Shown: in pieces, positions 1 through 7,840 of the stretch | Numbering within the stretch: position 1 is the stretch's first letter | Layout of the letters: the number at the start of each line of letters is the position of its first letter | NCBI GenBank assembly: GCA_030037785.1 | Contig: JASHQA010000118.1 | Coordinates: 1-59,779 of the forward strand | Length of the DNA stretch: 59,779 bases | Origin: Streptosporangiaceae bacterium | Lineage (GTDB): Bacteria > Actinomycetota > Actinomycetes > Streptosporangiales > Streptosporangiaceae | Direction: 5' to 3' | The notes under the pieces: model-generated | Seen by the model: the letters and a program-made list of their open reading frames with translations, nothing else | Told to the model about the DNA's origin: nothing | Databases searched by the model: none | Program-made: the position numbers and the translations under genes

Positions 1-215
1 TGCGCGCTCCCTGGGACGTAGTCGCTGGCGGTGCCGGCGGTGCCGCGATCGAGATGCGCAAGCTTATCGGCCAGGTGGCGATGGCGGCCGTGCAGGTCGT
101 CAGCGCGGGTACGGACGCTCAGGCTGCGCAGGCGCGGCAGTTGCTGACAGACACGCGCAAGGCGCTGTACCGGATCCTTGCCTCGGACGAGGAAGGCGCG
201 GGCGAAAGCGAGTAA
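1..215 (+). CDS. 3' end of an unidentified protein-coding gene (5' part outside the window)
   Basis: Frame 3 has strong G/C third-position bias from the window edge to TAA at 213-215 (...QARQLLTDTRKALYRILASDEEGAGESE*). It is not in the ORF track because no start lies in the window. Family not recognised. Confidence 0.4.
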   Translation, partial: RAPWDVVAGGAGGAAIEMRKLIGQVAMAAVQVVSAGTDAQAAQARQLLTDTRKALYRILASDEEGAGESE

Positions 216-262
216 CACCGCCCAGGGGCTACGCAGCCGCACGCGGCCCGCTCCGGCTTTCG

Positions 263-313
263 TCAACCGGTGTTGATAGCGCCGCCTCGTCAACATATAT
301 TGACGAGGCGGCG
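263..313. promoter_or_regulatory. Two palindromes sharing TCAAC/GTTGA half-sites; candidate terminator of the upstream gene and/or operator of the ABC-2 operon
   Basis: TCAAC-cggt-GTTGA at 263-276. CGCCGCCTCGTCAA (280-293), loop CATATA, TTGACGAGGCGGCG (300-313): a 14-bp perfect stem, 65 nt after the TAA and 125 nt before the ABC ATPase start. Confidence 0.4.
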
Positions 314-389
314 GGAGTCGCGGACGGCGGGAGTCGCGGGCGGCGGGAGTCGCGGGCGGCGGGAGTCCCGGGCGGCGGGAGTCCCGGGC
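310..389. repeat. 16-bp tandem repeat x5 (GGCGGGAGTC[G/C]CGG[A/G]C)
   Basis: Units at 310-325, 326-341, 342-357, 358-373 and 374-389, read directly. Units 1-3 carry GTCGCGG; units 4-5 carry GTCCCGG. Confidence 0.9.
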
Positions 390-438
390 GACCGCGTTTA
401 GGCTCGGGAATAGCAAGTCAGGGGAGGCTCGATCAGCG

Positions 439-1503
439 TTGGCACGAAGCAGAGCGGTGGCACGAGCCGGGACGTCGGCGGCGGTACTCGACGGCACCGG
501 GCTCGACGGCGGCGGGCCCGAGACTGTCATCGCGGTCTCCAGCCTGGTGAAGCGGTACGGCGACGTGGCGGCCGTGCGCGGCATCGACTTCACCGTGTCC
601 AGGGGCGAGACCTTCGGCTTCCTCGGCCCCAACGGTGCGGGCAAGTCCACGACTATCAAGATTCTCTGCACGCTCGCCACCGCTACCGCAGGGACCGCGC
701 TCGTCAACGGCCTCGACACGGCGTCCCAGCGGGACGCGGTCCGCCGCAACATCGGGCTGGTTTTTCAGGACACGACGCTGGACACCTACCTGACGGGCGA
801 GCAGAACCTGCGCTTTCACGCCGAGTTGTACGGCGTGCCGAAGGCGGCGGTGGCGCCGCGGATGCGCCAGGTGCTGGAAATGGTGGGCCTGTGGGACCGC
901 AAGGACAGCCTGGTCAGCACGTACTCCGGCGGGATGCAGCGGCGCCTGGAGATTGCCAGGGGCTTGCTGCACGCGCCGCACGTACTGTTCCTGGACGAGC
1001 CGACGGTCGGCCTCGATCCGCAGACGCGCTCGTCAATCTGGGCCTACATCAACGGCCTCAAGCAGCGCGAGGACATCACCATCTTCCTCACCACCCACTA
1101 CATGGACGAGGCGGAACACTGCGACCGGATCGCGATCATCGATCACGGGAAGATCGTCGCAATCGACACCCCCGAGGCGCTGAAGGCCAGCGTCGGCAAG
1201 GACAGGGTGCAGATCCACACCGCCGACGACCGGGCTGCGATAGCGGAGCTAGCCGCGGTGTTCGGCATCGATGCGGCAGTGCACGAAGGAGCGGTGACGT
1301 TCGCGGTGGCGGCCGGCGAGCAGTTCGTGCCGCGGCTGTTCGGTGAGCTCAGCATTCCGATCCGATCGGTGAGCGTATCCAGGCCGTCGCTGGACGACGT
1401 GTTCATGTCGTATACCGGCACCACAATCAGGGATGCCGAAGGCGGCGCGGGGAACGAGTTCATGCGCAACATGCACCGGCTGCGGTCGGGCGGGAGGCGG
1501 TAG
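439..1503 (+). CDS. ABC transporter ATP-binding protein (ABC-2/DrrA-like exporter ATPase)
   Basis: Walker A GPNGAGKST, signature YSGGMQRRLEIARG, Walker B VLFLDEPTVGLD. GGGGAGG RBS at 421-427. TTG 439 or in-frame GTG 457 as start. Confidence 0.9.
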   Translation: MARSRAVARAGTSAAVLDGTGLDGGGPETVIAVSSLVKRYGDVAAVRGIDFTVSRGETFGFLGPNGAGKSTTIKILCTLATATAGTALVNGLDTASQRDAVRRNIGLVFQDTTLDTYLTGEQNLRFHAELYGVPKAAVAPRMRQVLEMVGLWDRKDSLVSTYSGGMQRRLEIARGLLHAPHVLFLDEPTVGLDPQTRSSIWAYINGLKQREDITIFLTTHYMDEAEHCDRIAIIDHGKIVAIDTPEALKASVGKDRVQIHTADDRAAIAELAAVFGIDAAVHEGAVTFAVAAGEQFVPRLFGELSIPIRSVSVSRPSLDDVFMSYTGTTIRDAEGGAGNEFMRNMHRLRSGGRR

Positions 1504-1505
1504 GC

Positions 1506-2426
1506 ATGGCGACCCAGACAACCGAGTCCGCCGCGGTAGCCGACGCTGGCGCTGTCGCCGAGCGGATCCGGGTGTCGGTGCCCGATCGCGGACTGCGACA
1601 CGACCTGCGCGCGGTGAGCATCGTCTGGCGGCGTGAGCTGATCAGGTTCCGGACCGACCGGTTGCGCGCTATCACCTCGCTGGTGCAACCGTTCCTGTTC
1701 CTGTTCATTCTCGGCACCGGGCTGTCCACGCTTGCGGGCGCTCGCCTGCCGCACGCGGCCAACTTCGACTTCAAGACGTTCATTTATCCCGGCGTGCTCG
1801 CCATGTCGGTGCTGTTCACGTCCCTCTTTTCGGCTGCGTCGATCGTGTGGGACCGGGAGTTCGGCTTCCTGCGGGAGATCCTGGTCGCGCCCGTCAGCCG
1901 GGCTTCGATCGTGGTCGGCAAGTGCCTCGGCGGCGCAACCATCGCCACCTTCCAGGGCGTGATCTTCCTGTGCCTGGCCTGGTTCGCGCACGTGCCGTAC
2001 AACCCTGCCCTGATCTTCAGCCTGATCGGCATGCTGCTGTTGCTGTCGTTCACGCTGACCGCCTTCGGGGTGATGATGGCGGCCAGGATCAGGCAGTTCC
2101 AGGCCTTCATGGCGCTGAACCAGATGATCGCCATGCCGCTGTTCTTCCTGTCGGGGGCGCTATACCCGCTCAGCGGGCTGCCCGCGTGGCTCACGGTGCT
2201 CACCCGGCTGGACCCGCTGACCTACATCGTCGGTCCCATGCGGCACTTGGTGTTCAGCAACCTGAGCGTGCCACCCGACGTCGCGGCGGTCATCAACACG
2301 CGCCTCGCGCCGACCATTACCTGGGTCGGCTGGCCGGTACCGCTGTGGTTGTCGCTCGCGATGGTCGCAGCCATGGGCCTGGGGATGATGACGGTGGCGA
2401 TCGCGGAATTTAGCAAGGACGAATAG
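1506..2426 (+). CDS. ABC-2 type transporter permease (DrrB-like)
   Basis: Starts 2 nt after the ATPase stop. About 6 hydrophobic spans; typical ABC-2 permease sequence (LREILVAPVSRASIVVGK...). Confidence 0.85.
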   Translation: MATQTTESAAVADAGAVAERIRVSVPDRGLRHDLRAVSIVWRRELIRFRTDRLRAITSLVQPFLFLFILGTGLSTLAGARLPHAANFDFKTFIYPGVLAMSVLFTSLFSAASIVWDREFGFLREILVAPVSRASIVVGKCLGGATIATFQGVIFLCLAWFAHVPYNPALIFSLIGMLLLLSFTLTAFGVMMAARIRQFQAFMALNQMIAMPLFFLSGALYPLSGLPAWLTVLTRLDPLTYIVGPMRHLVFSNLSVPPDVAAVINTRLAPTITWVGWPVPLWLSLAMVAAMGLGMMTVAIAEFSKDE

Positions 2427-2446
2427 CAGCCGGAACGGACCGGCTG
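2427..2446 (+). terminator. Hairpin immediately after the permease stop codon
   Basis: CAGCCGG-aacgga-CCGGCTG, 7-bp stem. No U-tail, as is common in GC-rich actinobacteria. Confidence 0.35.
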
Positions 2447-2586
2447 GGGGCTGAGATCCCGCTGCCATCGGCAGTCACGCATGGTGCCAGCGCCGAGGCC
2501 GGAGCAGACCGAGTGGTCCGCCGCGATCGCGGTCGTCCTCCCAGTCTCAGCGCCGGCTGGACAGTTGGAGACTGGCCTGCAGCGGG

Positions 2587-2730
2587 TCTGGCGACTGGTC
2601 GGTGGGCTGATGGCGACCGTTAGCCGGCGATGGCGACCCCTTGCTGCTGATGGCGACTGGCCGGTGGGCCGATGGCGACCGTTAGCCGGCGATGGCGACC
2701 GTTGGCGAGCTATGGCGACCAAAGGTGCTG
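2587..2730. repeat. Array of 7 phased copies of (G/T)(A/C)TGGCGAC(C/T), 20-22 bp period, with a 62-bp higher-order unit
   Basis: Copies start at 2587, 2609, 2629, 2649, 2671, 2691 and 2711. 2601-2638 and 2664-2700 are a 37-bp direct repeat with 1 mismatch. No coding-like frame. Confidence 0.9.
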
Positions 2731-2768
2731 AAATTTTGCGTGTTTCGCGGCTTTCGCCCCCGACGAGC

Positions 2769-2828
2769 GGTCGCGGTGGCCGGCGAACGGTCGCGGTGGC
2801 CGGCGAAGGGTCGCGGTGGGAGCACGCG
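2769..2828. repeat. Array of 3 phased copies of GGTCGCGGTGG (20-bp period), core inverted relative to the 2587-2730 array
   Basis: GGTCGCGGTGGCCGGCGAA(C/G) at 2769 and 2789, GGTCGCGGTGGG at 2809. GGTCGC is the reverse complement of the GCGACC core of the left array. Confidence 0.9.
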
Positions 2829-3074
2829 ACGAGGCGATCCAGGCCTGCTCGGCGTCACGTCGGCTGGGCCGTCGAAGTCGCCGCCGGTGGCAGCCCGAGC
2901 AGGGGGTGACGGTGGCATTCTCGGGCCCGGCGGGGACACGACCGACAGGTGACCGGCACAGTTGTGGGTCCATGCGGCGCGACTGCGCCGGGTGGCGAGG
3001 GCCCTCGTACTAGGCGCAGGGCGACAGGGCAGCGAGCCGGAGCGGGCTGCCTGCCCAGGGACCCTGAGCATAGA

Positions 3075-3115
3075 GCGACGCCGGGTGGCTACGGGGGCAA
3101 ACCACCCGGCGTCGC
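3075..3115. other. Strong isolated hairpin (14-bp perfect stem, 13-nt loop) in the non-coding gap
   Basis: GCGACGCCGGGTGG (3075-3088), loop CTACGGGGGCAAA, CCACCCGGCGTCGC (3102-3115). It lies about 175 nt downstream of the DUF3099 stop on the minus strand. Confidence 0.6.
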
Positions 3116-3287
3116 ATTCATCGGCGCTCCGACGGGGGCCCGGAACGCCGGCAGTTGATGCTCCGGCGGGGGACCAGAGCACCGGTAAGCATGTTACACC
3201 GAACGTCCCACTAGTGCATCAAGACGGGACACCAGGTCATCAAAGCCGTGCTGGGCGACTAGTCCGGGCGTGTCGCGCTGTGTGCGC

Positions 3288-3647
3288 TTACTGGCCGTTT
3301 GGTGGCTGGCCGTTTGGTGGCTGGTCGTCGGGCCGTGTCGGCGGTCGGTAGACAGCGGGGGAATTGGGGTCGTACTGCCGGAAGCCCCGGTTCGACGTCG
3401 GCTCACGGCCCCCGTTGGCGAAGACGACCGCGAAGTACGGAATTGCTACCATGCCAACCGCCGGAATGGCGGTGAGCCAGCCCAGGTGGTTGACGAACAT
3501 CAGGACCGCGGCAAAGAAGCACACCGTCCTGATGCCCATCATGATCAGGTACCGGCGCTGCCGATACCGGATATCGGCCGACATGCCTGGCCTGGCTTCG
3601 GTTACCAGATAAGGCTGGTCGCGGTGATATCCGTGAGCGCTCCGCAC
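3288..3647 (-). CDS. DUF3099 family small membrane protein
   Basis: Only the C-terminal part of track ORF 3288..4148 is protein-like: ...PYLVTEARPGMSADIRYRQRRYLIMMGIRTVCFFAAVLMF...AIPYFAVVFANGG, as I remember for DUF3099. Start placed at in-frame GTG 3647 (alternatives GTG 3656, ATG 3584). C-terminus carries PPNGQ x2. Confidence 0.7.
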   Translation of the reverse strand: MRSAHGYHRDQPYLVTEARPGMSADIRYRQRRYLIMMGIRTVCFFAAVLMFVNHLGWLTAIPAVGMVAIPYFAVVFANGGREPTSNRGFRQYDPNSPAVYRPPTRPDDQPPNGQPPNGQ

Positions 3648-3788
3648 ACCACCCACGTTATGCCGCGGGCATGTTTGCCGCCACTGCCGCTGCCGGGACG
3701 GCCCGTCCTGGCAGCCCGTCCGTCGGGGCATGCTGACAGACACGGGCTGCACGCCGACCCGCGGCTCCAGAACCCTAAGGAGGGACAG

Positions 3789-4001
3789 ATGACCGACCGC
3801 ACGTATCGCGTCACCGAGATCGTCGGGACGTCGCCGGATAGTGTCGAAGCGGCGATCCGTGGTGCCCTGCGCCGGGCAGCACAGACGCTGCGGCACCTGG
3901 ACTGGTTTGAGGTGACCCAGGTTCGGGGCCAGATCGTCGACGGTGAGGTGGCGCACTTCCAGGTCGATCTCAAGGTGGGCTTCCGGCTCGAAGATCCGTG
4001 A
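3789..4001 (+). CDS. Dodecin family flavin-binding protein (70 aa)
   Basis: MTDRTYRVTEIVGTSPDSVEAAIR...HFQVDLKVGFRLEDP matches the dodecin pattern. AAGGAGGGA RBS at 3776-3784. It is the 3' part of spurious long ORF 3270..4001. Confidence 0.85.
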   Translation: MTDRTYRVTEIVGTSPDSVEAAIRGALRRAAQTLRHLDWFEVTQVRGQIVDGEVAHFQVDLKVGFRLEDP

Positions 4002-4010
4002 CGGCGCTGG

Positions 4011-4060
4011 CTGAGCCGGGGCCGGGAGCCGGGGCCTGAGCCGGGGCCGGGAGCCGGGGC
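4011..4060. repeat. 25-bp perfect tandem duplication (CTGAGCCGGGGCCGGGAGCCGGGGC x2), internally about 12.5-bp periodic
   Basis: 4011-4035 equals 4036-4060. It lies between the convergent dodecin and pmbA stops. Confidence 0.9.
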
Positions 4061-4068
4061 CGGGAGAA

Positions 4069-5484
4069 CTAGCTGGCCTGGCTGACCGAGGACATGTTGA
4101 AGCCCTCGACTCGCACCGGTGGCATGGCGGCTCTGGTGAAGAAGTCACCCCACTCGCGCGGCAGCGTGGGCACGGTGGCGCCCACCTCGGTGATCCTGCC
4201 GAGGATGGCCACCGGGCTCTCGTTGAACCGGAAGTTGTTGACCGCGCCGGTGACCTCGCCGTTCTCGACCTGATACACGCCGTCCCTGGTGAGGCCGGTG
4301 AGCAGCAGCGTCTGCGGGTCGACCTCCCGGATGTACCACAGGCACGTCAGCAGCAGGCCCGAGCTGGTCCGGCTGACCAGGTCGGCGACCGACCCAGTGG
4401 CACCGGGCGCGGTCATGACGAGGTTGTCGATCGCCGGGGTCACCGGCTGGCCTGAAAGCCGCGCGGTGTGCCTGGTCTGCGTGAGCGCGCCGAGTTGCCC
4501 GGCGGCGATCCAGTCGGTCCGTGCGGTTGGCAGGCCGTTGTCGAAGACCGACGACTCCCTGGACGAGGCGTGGGCGACGACGAAAGGCGCGCACTGCAGG
4601 CCGGGCTCGGCTGGGTCGCTATACAGCGACACCGGCAGCCTGGCGAGCTCTTCGCCGACCCTGGTGCCGCCGCCGGGCTTGCTGAACACAGTCCGGCCGT
4701 CGAGCGCGTCCTTGGCGCCGGCCGACCAGTACAGGTAGATGAACAGATCGGCGACGGCGGTCGGCGGGATCAGCGTCTCGTACCGACCGGCAGGCAGCGA
4801 GATCGATCGCTTGGCCCAGTCGAGCCGCTGGGCCAGGTCGGCCTCGAGCGCGGTGACGTCAACGTCGCGGAAGTCGCGGGTGCCCACCCCAGCCCAGGCA
4901 GACCGGGTCAGGTCCGCGGACTTGGCGTTCAGCTCGAGCCGCCCGGTCGGCTGGTCGTGCCGCAGCCGCAGGCCGGCCGACGTGCCCAGATAGGTCGAGG
5001 TCAGTCCGTGCTCGGCGAAGCCGTAGAGCTTGCGGCCGCCGCTGGCTGCCAGGGCGAACGCGGTTCCGAGTTCGGCGGCGAAGCCGGCGAAGACGCCGAT
5101 CTGCGTCGCGTCGGGCGGCAGGTCGAAGCCGGTCTCGGCGGCTGCGCTTGCCGTCGGCGCAACCAGTGGCTGGGCGTCCTCCGCTGGGGACGCGTCGGCG
5201 GCCGCGGCCTCCGCCTCCGCCACGATGTCGGCGATCTGGTCGCCGCGCACGCCCGCCCTGGACACGACGCCGACGCGCGCGTCGTCGCCGCTGCGGCTGA
5301 TGGCGATGACGGTCAGCTGCCTGGACCGCCACACTCCGTTGGTGGTGAGTGAGTTGGCTGCCCAGCGCAGGTTGGCCGAGGAACTCTCGTCGGCGATGAC
5401 GACGCAGTCGTCGCAGCGAGCGGCGGCCAGCGCGCGCTCGACCGCCTCCTGCGGGGACGGGATCCCCTGCACCTCGCCAGTCAC
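4069..5484 (-). CDS. pmbA: PmbA/TldE family metalloprotease partner protein
   Basis: Protein-like sequence starts at VTGEVQGIPSPQEAVERALAAAR...; the upstream part of track ORF 4069..5913 is Arg/Pro junk. GTG 5484 overlaps the tldD stop as GTGA. Confidence 0.8.
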   Translation of the reverse strand: MTGEVQGIPSPQEAVERALAAARCDDCVVIADESSSANLRWAANSLTTNGVWRSRQLTVIAISRSGDDARVGVVSRAGVRGDQIADIVAEAEAAAADASPAEDAQPLVAPTASAAAETGFDLPPDATQIGVFAGFAAELGTAFALAASGGRKLYGFAEHGLTSTYLGTSAGLRLRHDQPTGRLELNAKSADLTRSAWAGVGTRDFRDVDVTALEADLAQRLDWAKRSISLPAGRYETLIPPTAVADLFIYLYWSAGAKDALDGRTVFSKPGGGTRVGEELARLPVSLYSDPAEPGLQCAPFVVAHASSRESSVFDNGLPTARTDWIAAGQLGALTQTRHTARLSGQPVTPAIDNLVMTAPGATGSVADLVSRTSSGLLLTCLWYIREVDPQTLLLTGLTRDGVYQVENGEVTGAVNNFRFNESPVAILGRITEVGATVPTLPREWGDFFTRAAMPPVRVEGFNMSSVSQAS

Positions 5485-6986
5485 GCTCCTGCCTCCTCGA
5501 CCGTGTTGAGAATCCTGATCCCGCGCATCACGACCGCCGGGCAGCCGTGGCTCACCGGCGCGACCTGGCCGGGCTGGCCCTTGCCGCAGTTGAACGCCCC
5601 GCCGAGGACGTAGGTCTGCGGCCCGCCGACCGCTTCCATCGAATTCCAGAAGTCGGTCGTCGTGGCCTGGTAGGCCACGTCCCGCAGCTGGCCGGCCAGC
5701 TGGCCGTTCTTGATGCGGTAAAACCGCTGGCCGGTGAACTGGAAGTTGTATCGCTGCATGTCGATCGACCAGCTCTTGTCGCCGACGATGTAGATGCCGT
5801 CGGTGACGCCGGCGATGAGCTGGGCTGTGTCCGGTCCGTCGGCGGCGGGCTGCAGCGACACGTTGGCCATCCGCTGGATGGGCATGTGGCTCGGCGAGTC
5901 GGCGAACGCGCACCCGTTCGACCGCCCGAGCCCCTTGAGCCGGGCGATCCTGCGGTCGAGCTGGTACCCGGTGAGCACGCCGCCGGTGATGAGGTCCCAG
6001 GACTGCCCGGCGACGCCCTCGTCGTCGTAGCCGATGGTGGCGAGGCCGTGGTCCGCCGTGCGGTCGCCGGTCACGTGCATGACCGGCGATCCGTACTGCA
6101 GGCTGCCGAGCTTGTCGAAGGTGGCGAAGGACGTCCCGGCGTAGGCGGCTTCGTAGCCGAGCGCCCGGTCGAGCTCCGTGGCGTGCCCGATCGACTCGTG
6201 GATGGTGAGGAACAGGTTCGACGGGTCGATCACCAGGTCATACCGGCCTGCCTGGACCGACGGGGCGGCCATCTTCTCGGCCAGCAGCGATGGCAGCTCG
6301 GCCAGCTCGGCCGGGAAGTCCCAGCCGGTGCCGGTCAAGTACTCATGCCCCCGCCCGGCAGGCGGGGCCAGCGTGCGCATGGTCTCGAACCGGCCGTCCG
6401 CGGCTACCGCGACGGCAGTCACCGACGGGTGCATCCGGACCCGCTGCTGCAGCGCGGTGGTGGCGCCGTCGGTGTAGAACTTGCACTCCTTGACCTGCAA
6501 CAGCGACGCGTCGACGTGGTCGACACCGGCGACGCCGAGCAGCTGCCTGCTCCAGCCGGACAGCAGCGCGATCTTGTCCGCGACGCTGACCGAGAACGGG
6601 TCAAGCTCGTAGGCCGACAGCCAGGTCACCTCGCCGTGGGCCGGCTCATCGGCGAGCTCGATCCGCTCGGTGTTGATGGCAGCCGCCACCTTCGCCACGT
6701 CGATGGCCTCGGCTGCCGCTCGCGCCGCGGCCTCGCGGGTCAAGTCGACGGCCGAAGCGAACCCCCACGTGCCGTCCACGACCACGCGGACGGCGAGGCC
6801 CAGGTCGTCACTGTCGAACTGGGTCTCCAGGTTGCCGTCGGACAGCCCGATCCGCTGGCCCCGGATGCGCTCGGCACGGAAGTCCGCGTGCTGGGCGCCG
6901 AGTTCCGCGGCCCGCTGCAGGGCCGCGTCGGCGAGTTCGCGCAGCGGGTAGGCGGTGAAGTCCGCGTCTATCTGAGAGTGGTCCAC
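5481..6986 (-). CDS. tldD: TldD family metalloprotease
   Basis: 501 aa with the HESIGHATELD (HExxxH) motif and typical TldD/PmbA fold sequence. GTG start at 6986. Confidence 0.85.
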   Translation of the reverse strand: MDHSQIDADFTAYPLRELADAALQRAAELGAQHADFRAERIRGQRIGLSDGNLETQFDSDDLGLAVRVVVDGTWGFASAVDLTREAAARAAAEAIDVAKVAAAINTERIELADEPAHGEVTWLSAYELDPFSVSVADKIALLSGWSRQLLGVAGVDHVDASLLQVKECKFYTDGATTALQQRVRMHPSVTAVAVAADGRFETMRTLAPPAGRGHEYLTGTGWDFPAELAELPSLLAEKMAAPSVQAGRYDLVIDPSNLFLTIHESIGHATELDRALGYEAAYAGTSFATFDKLGSLQYGSPVMHVTGDRTADHGLATIGYDDEGVAGQSWDLITGGVLTGYQLDRRIARLKGLGRSNGCAFADSPSHMPIQRMANVSLQPAADGPDTAQLIAGVTDGIYIVGDKSWSIDMQRYNFQFTGQRFYRIKNGQLAGQLRDVAYQATTTDFWNSMEAVGGPQTYVLGGAFNCGKGQPGQVAPVSHGCPAVVMRGIRILNTVEEAGA

Positions 6987-6994
6987 GAGTCGCC

Positions 6995-7000
6995 AACCTA
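6995..7000 (-). promoter_or_regulatory. -10-like TAGGTT 8 nt upstream of the tldD GTG (near-leaderless candidate)
   Basis: The minus strand reads TAGGTT-GGCGACTC-GTG. It fits the actinobacterial TANNNT -10 consensus. No SD sequence present. Confidence 0.3.
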
Positions 7001-7099
7001 TCCCAGACTGCAGCCGGACGGACTGACCGGTACAGTGCCTGCGACCGGAGTGCAGTCACGAGCAGCAGCGGGAATAAGGCAGCGAGCGGGAGGAGCCAC

Positions 7100-7804
7100 A
7101 TGGGCCGATCTGTACTCGTCACCGGCGGCAACCGCGGCATCGGCCTCGCGATCGCGCGGCGGCTGGCAGCCGGCGGCGACGACGTGACGATCACCTCTCG
7201 GTCCGGCGCGCCGGTCGACGGGCTCACGGTCGCCGCCTGTGACATCACCGACACCGCCCAGGTAGACGCCGCGTTCACGGTGGCCGAGCAGGCCCACGGC
7301 CCGGTCGAGGTGCTGGTCGCCAACGCGGGCGTCACGAGGGACCAGCTGCTCGCGCTGATGTCCGAGGACGACTTCACCGACGTGGTCAACACCAACCTGA
7401 CCGGTGCGTACCGGGTAGCCAAGCGCGCGGTGCGTGGCATGATCCGGCTGCGGCGCGGCCGGATCATCCTGATCTCCTCGGTCGTCGGGCTGCTCGGCTC
7501 GGCCGGTCAGGCGAACTACGCGGCGTCCAAGGCCGGGCTCGTCGGCTTCGCCCGCTCGCTGGCCCGCGAGCTCGCCAGCCGCAGCATCACCGTCAACGTG
7601 GTCGCGCCCGGCTTCGTCGACACCGACATGACCGCCGTGCTGACCGACGAGCAGAAGCAGGCGATCCTCAGCAACGTGCCGCTCGGCCGGTACGCCTCGC
7701 CAGCCGAGGTGGCAGCGGCGGTGGCTTTCCTGGCCGGGCCGGACGCTGGCTACATCACCGGCTCCGTGATACCGGTCGACGGCGGCCTTGGCATGGGCCA
7801 CTGA
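7100..7804 (+). CDS. fabG: 3-oxoacyl-ACP reductase (FabG1/MabA-like SDR)
   Basis: VLVTGGNRGIGLAIA NAD(P)-binding motif, YAASKAG catalytic motif, close resemblance to MabA. GGGAGGAG RBS. Confidence 0.9.
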   Translation: MGRSVLVTGGNRGIGLAIARRLAAGGDDVTITSRSGAPVDGLTVAACDITDTAQVDAAFTVAEQAHGPVEVLVANAGVTRDQLLALMSEDDFTDVVNTNLTGAYRVAKRAVRGMIRLRRGRIILISSVVGLLGSAGQANYAASKAGLVGFARSLARELASRSITVNVVAPGFVDTDMTAVLTDEQKQAILSNVPLGRYASPAEVAAAVAFLAGPDAGYITGSVIPVDGGLGMGH

Positions 7805-7840
7805 CGGCCCCGTTCCCCTCGACAGCGGAAGGCAGGCGAC

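Noticed and set aside
2440-2480. GGGGCTGAGATCC resembling the CUGAGA element of a TPP riboswitch.
   Set aside because: The other conserved parts of the TPP aptamer (the ACCUGAUCUGGAUAAUGCCAGCG-like pyrimidine-sensor helix) are absent, and the downstream context is not a thiamine gene.
2587-2828. Possible CRISPR array.
   Set aside because: The conserved core is only about 10 bp with a 20-22 bp period. Some of the 'spacers' are themselves repeated. The second array is inverted, and no cas genes or leader are present.
2481-3351. Track ORFs in the 2427-3287 gap, including several starting at the repeated ATGGCGACC (Met-Ala-Thr) motif.
   Set aside because: There is no G/C3 bias and many A/T-ending codons. 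The products are R/P/G/S-rich, and the repeated ATG is part of the DNA repeat unit. I treat the region as non-coding.
7006-7057. An imperfect long-range inverted repeat GACTGCAGCCGG...CCGGAGTGCAGTC in the tldD/fabG divergent spacer, as a possible FAS-II regulator site.
   Set aside because: The arms are imperfect (one indel) and separated by 27 nt. I know of no regulator motif that matches, so support is too weak to report as a finding.
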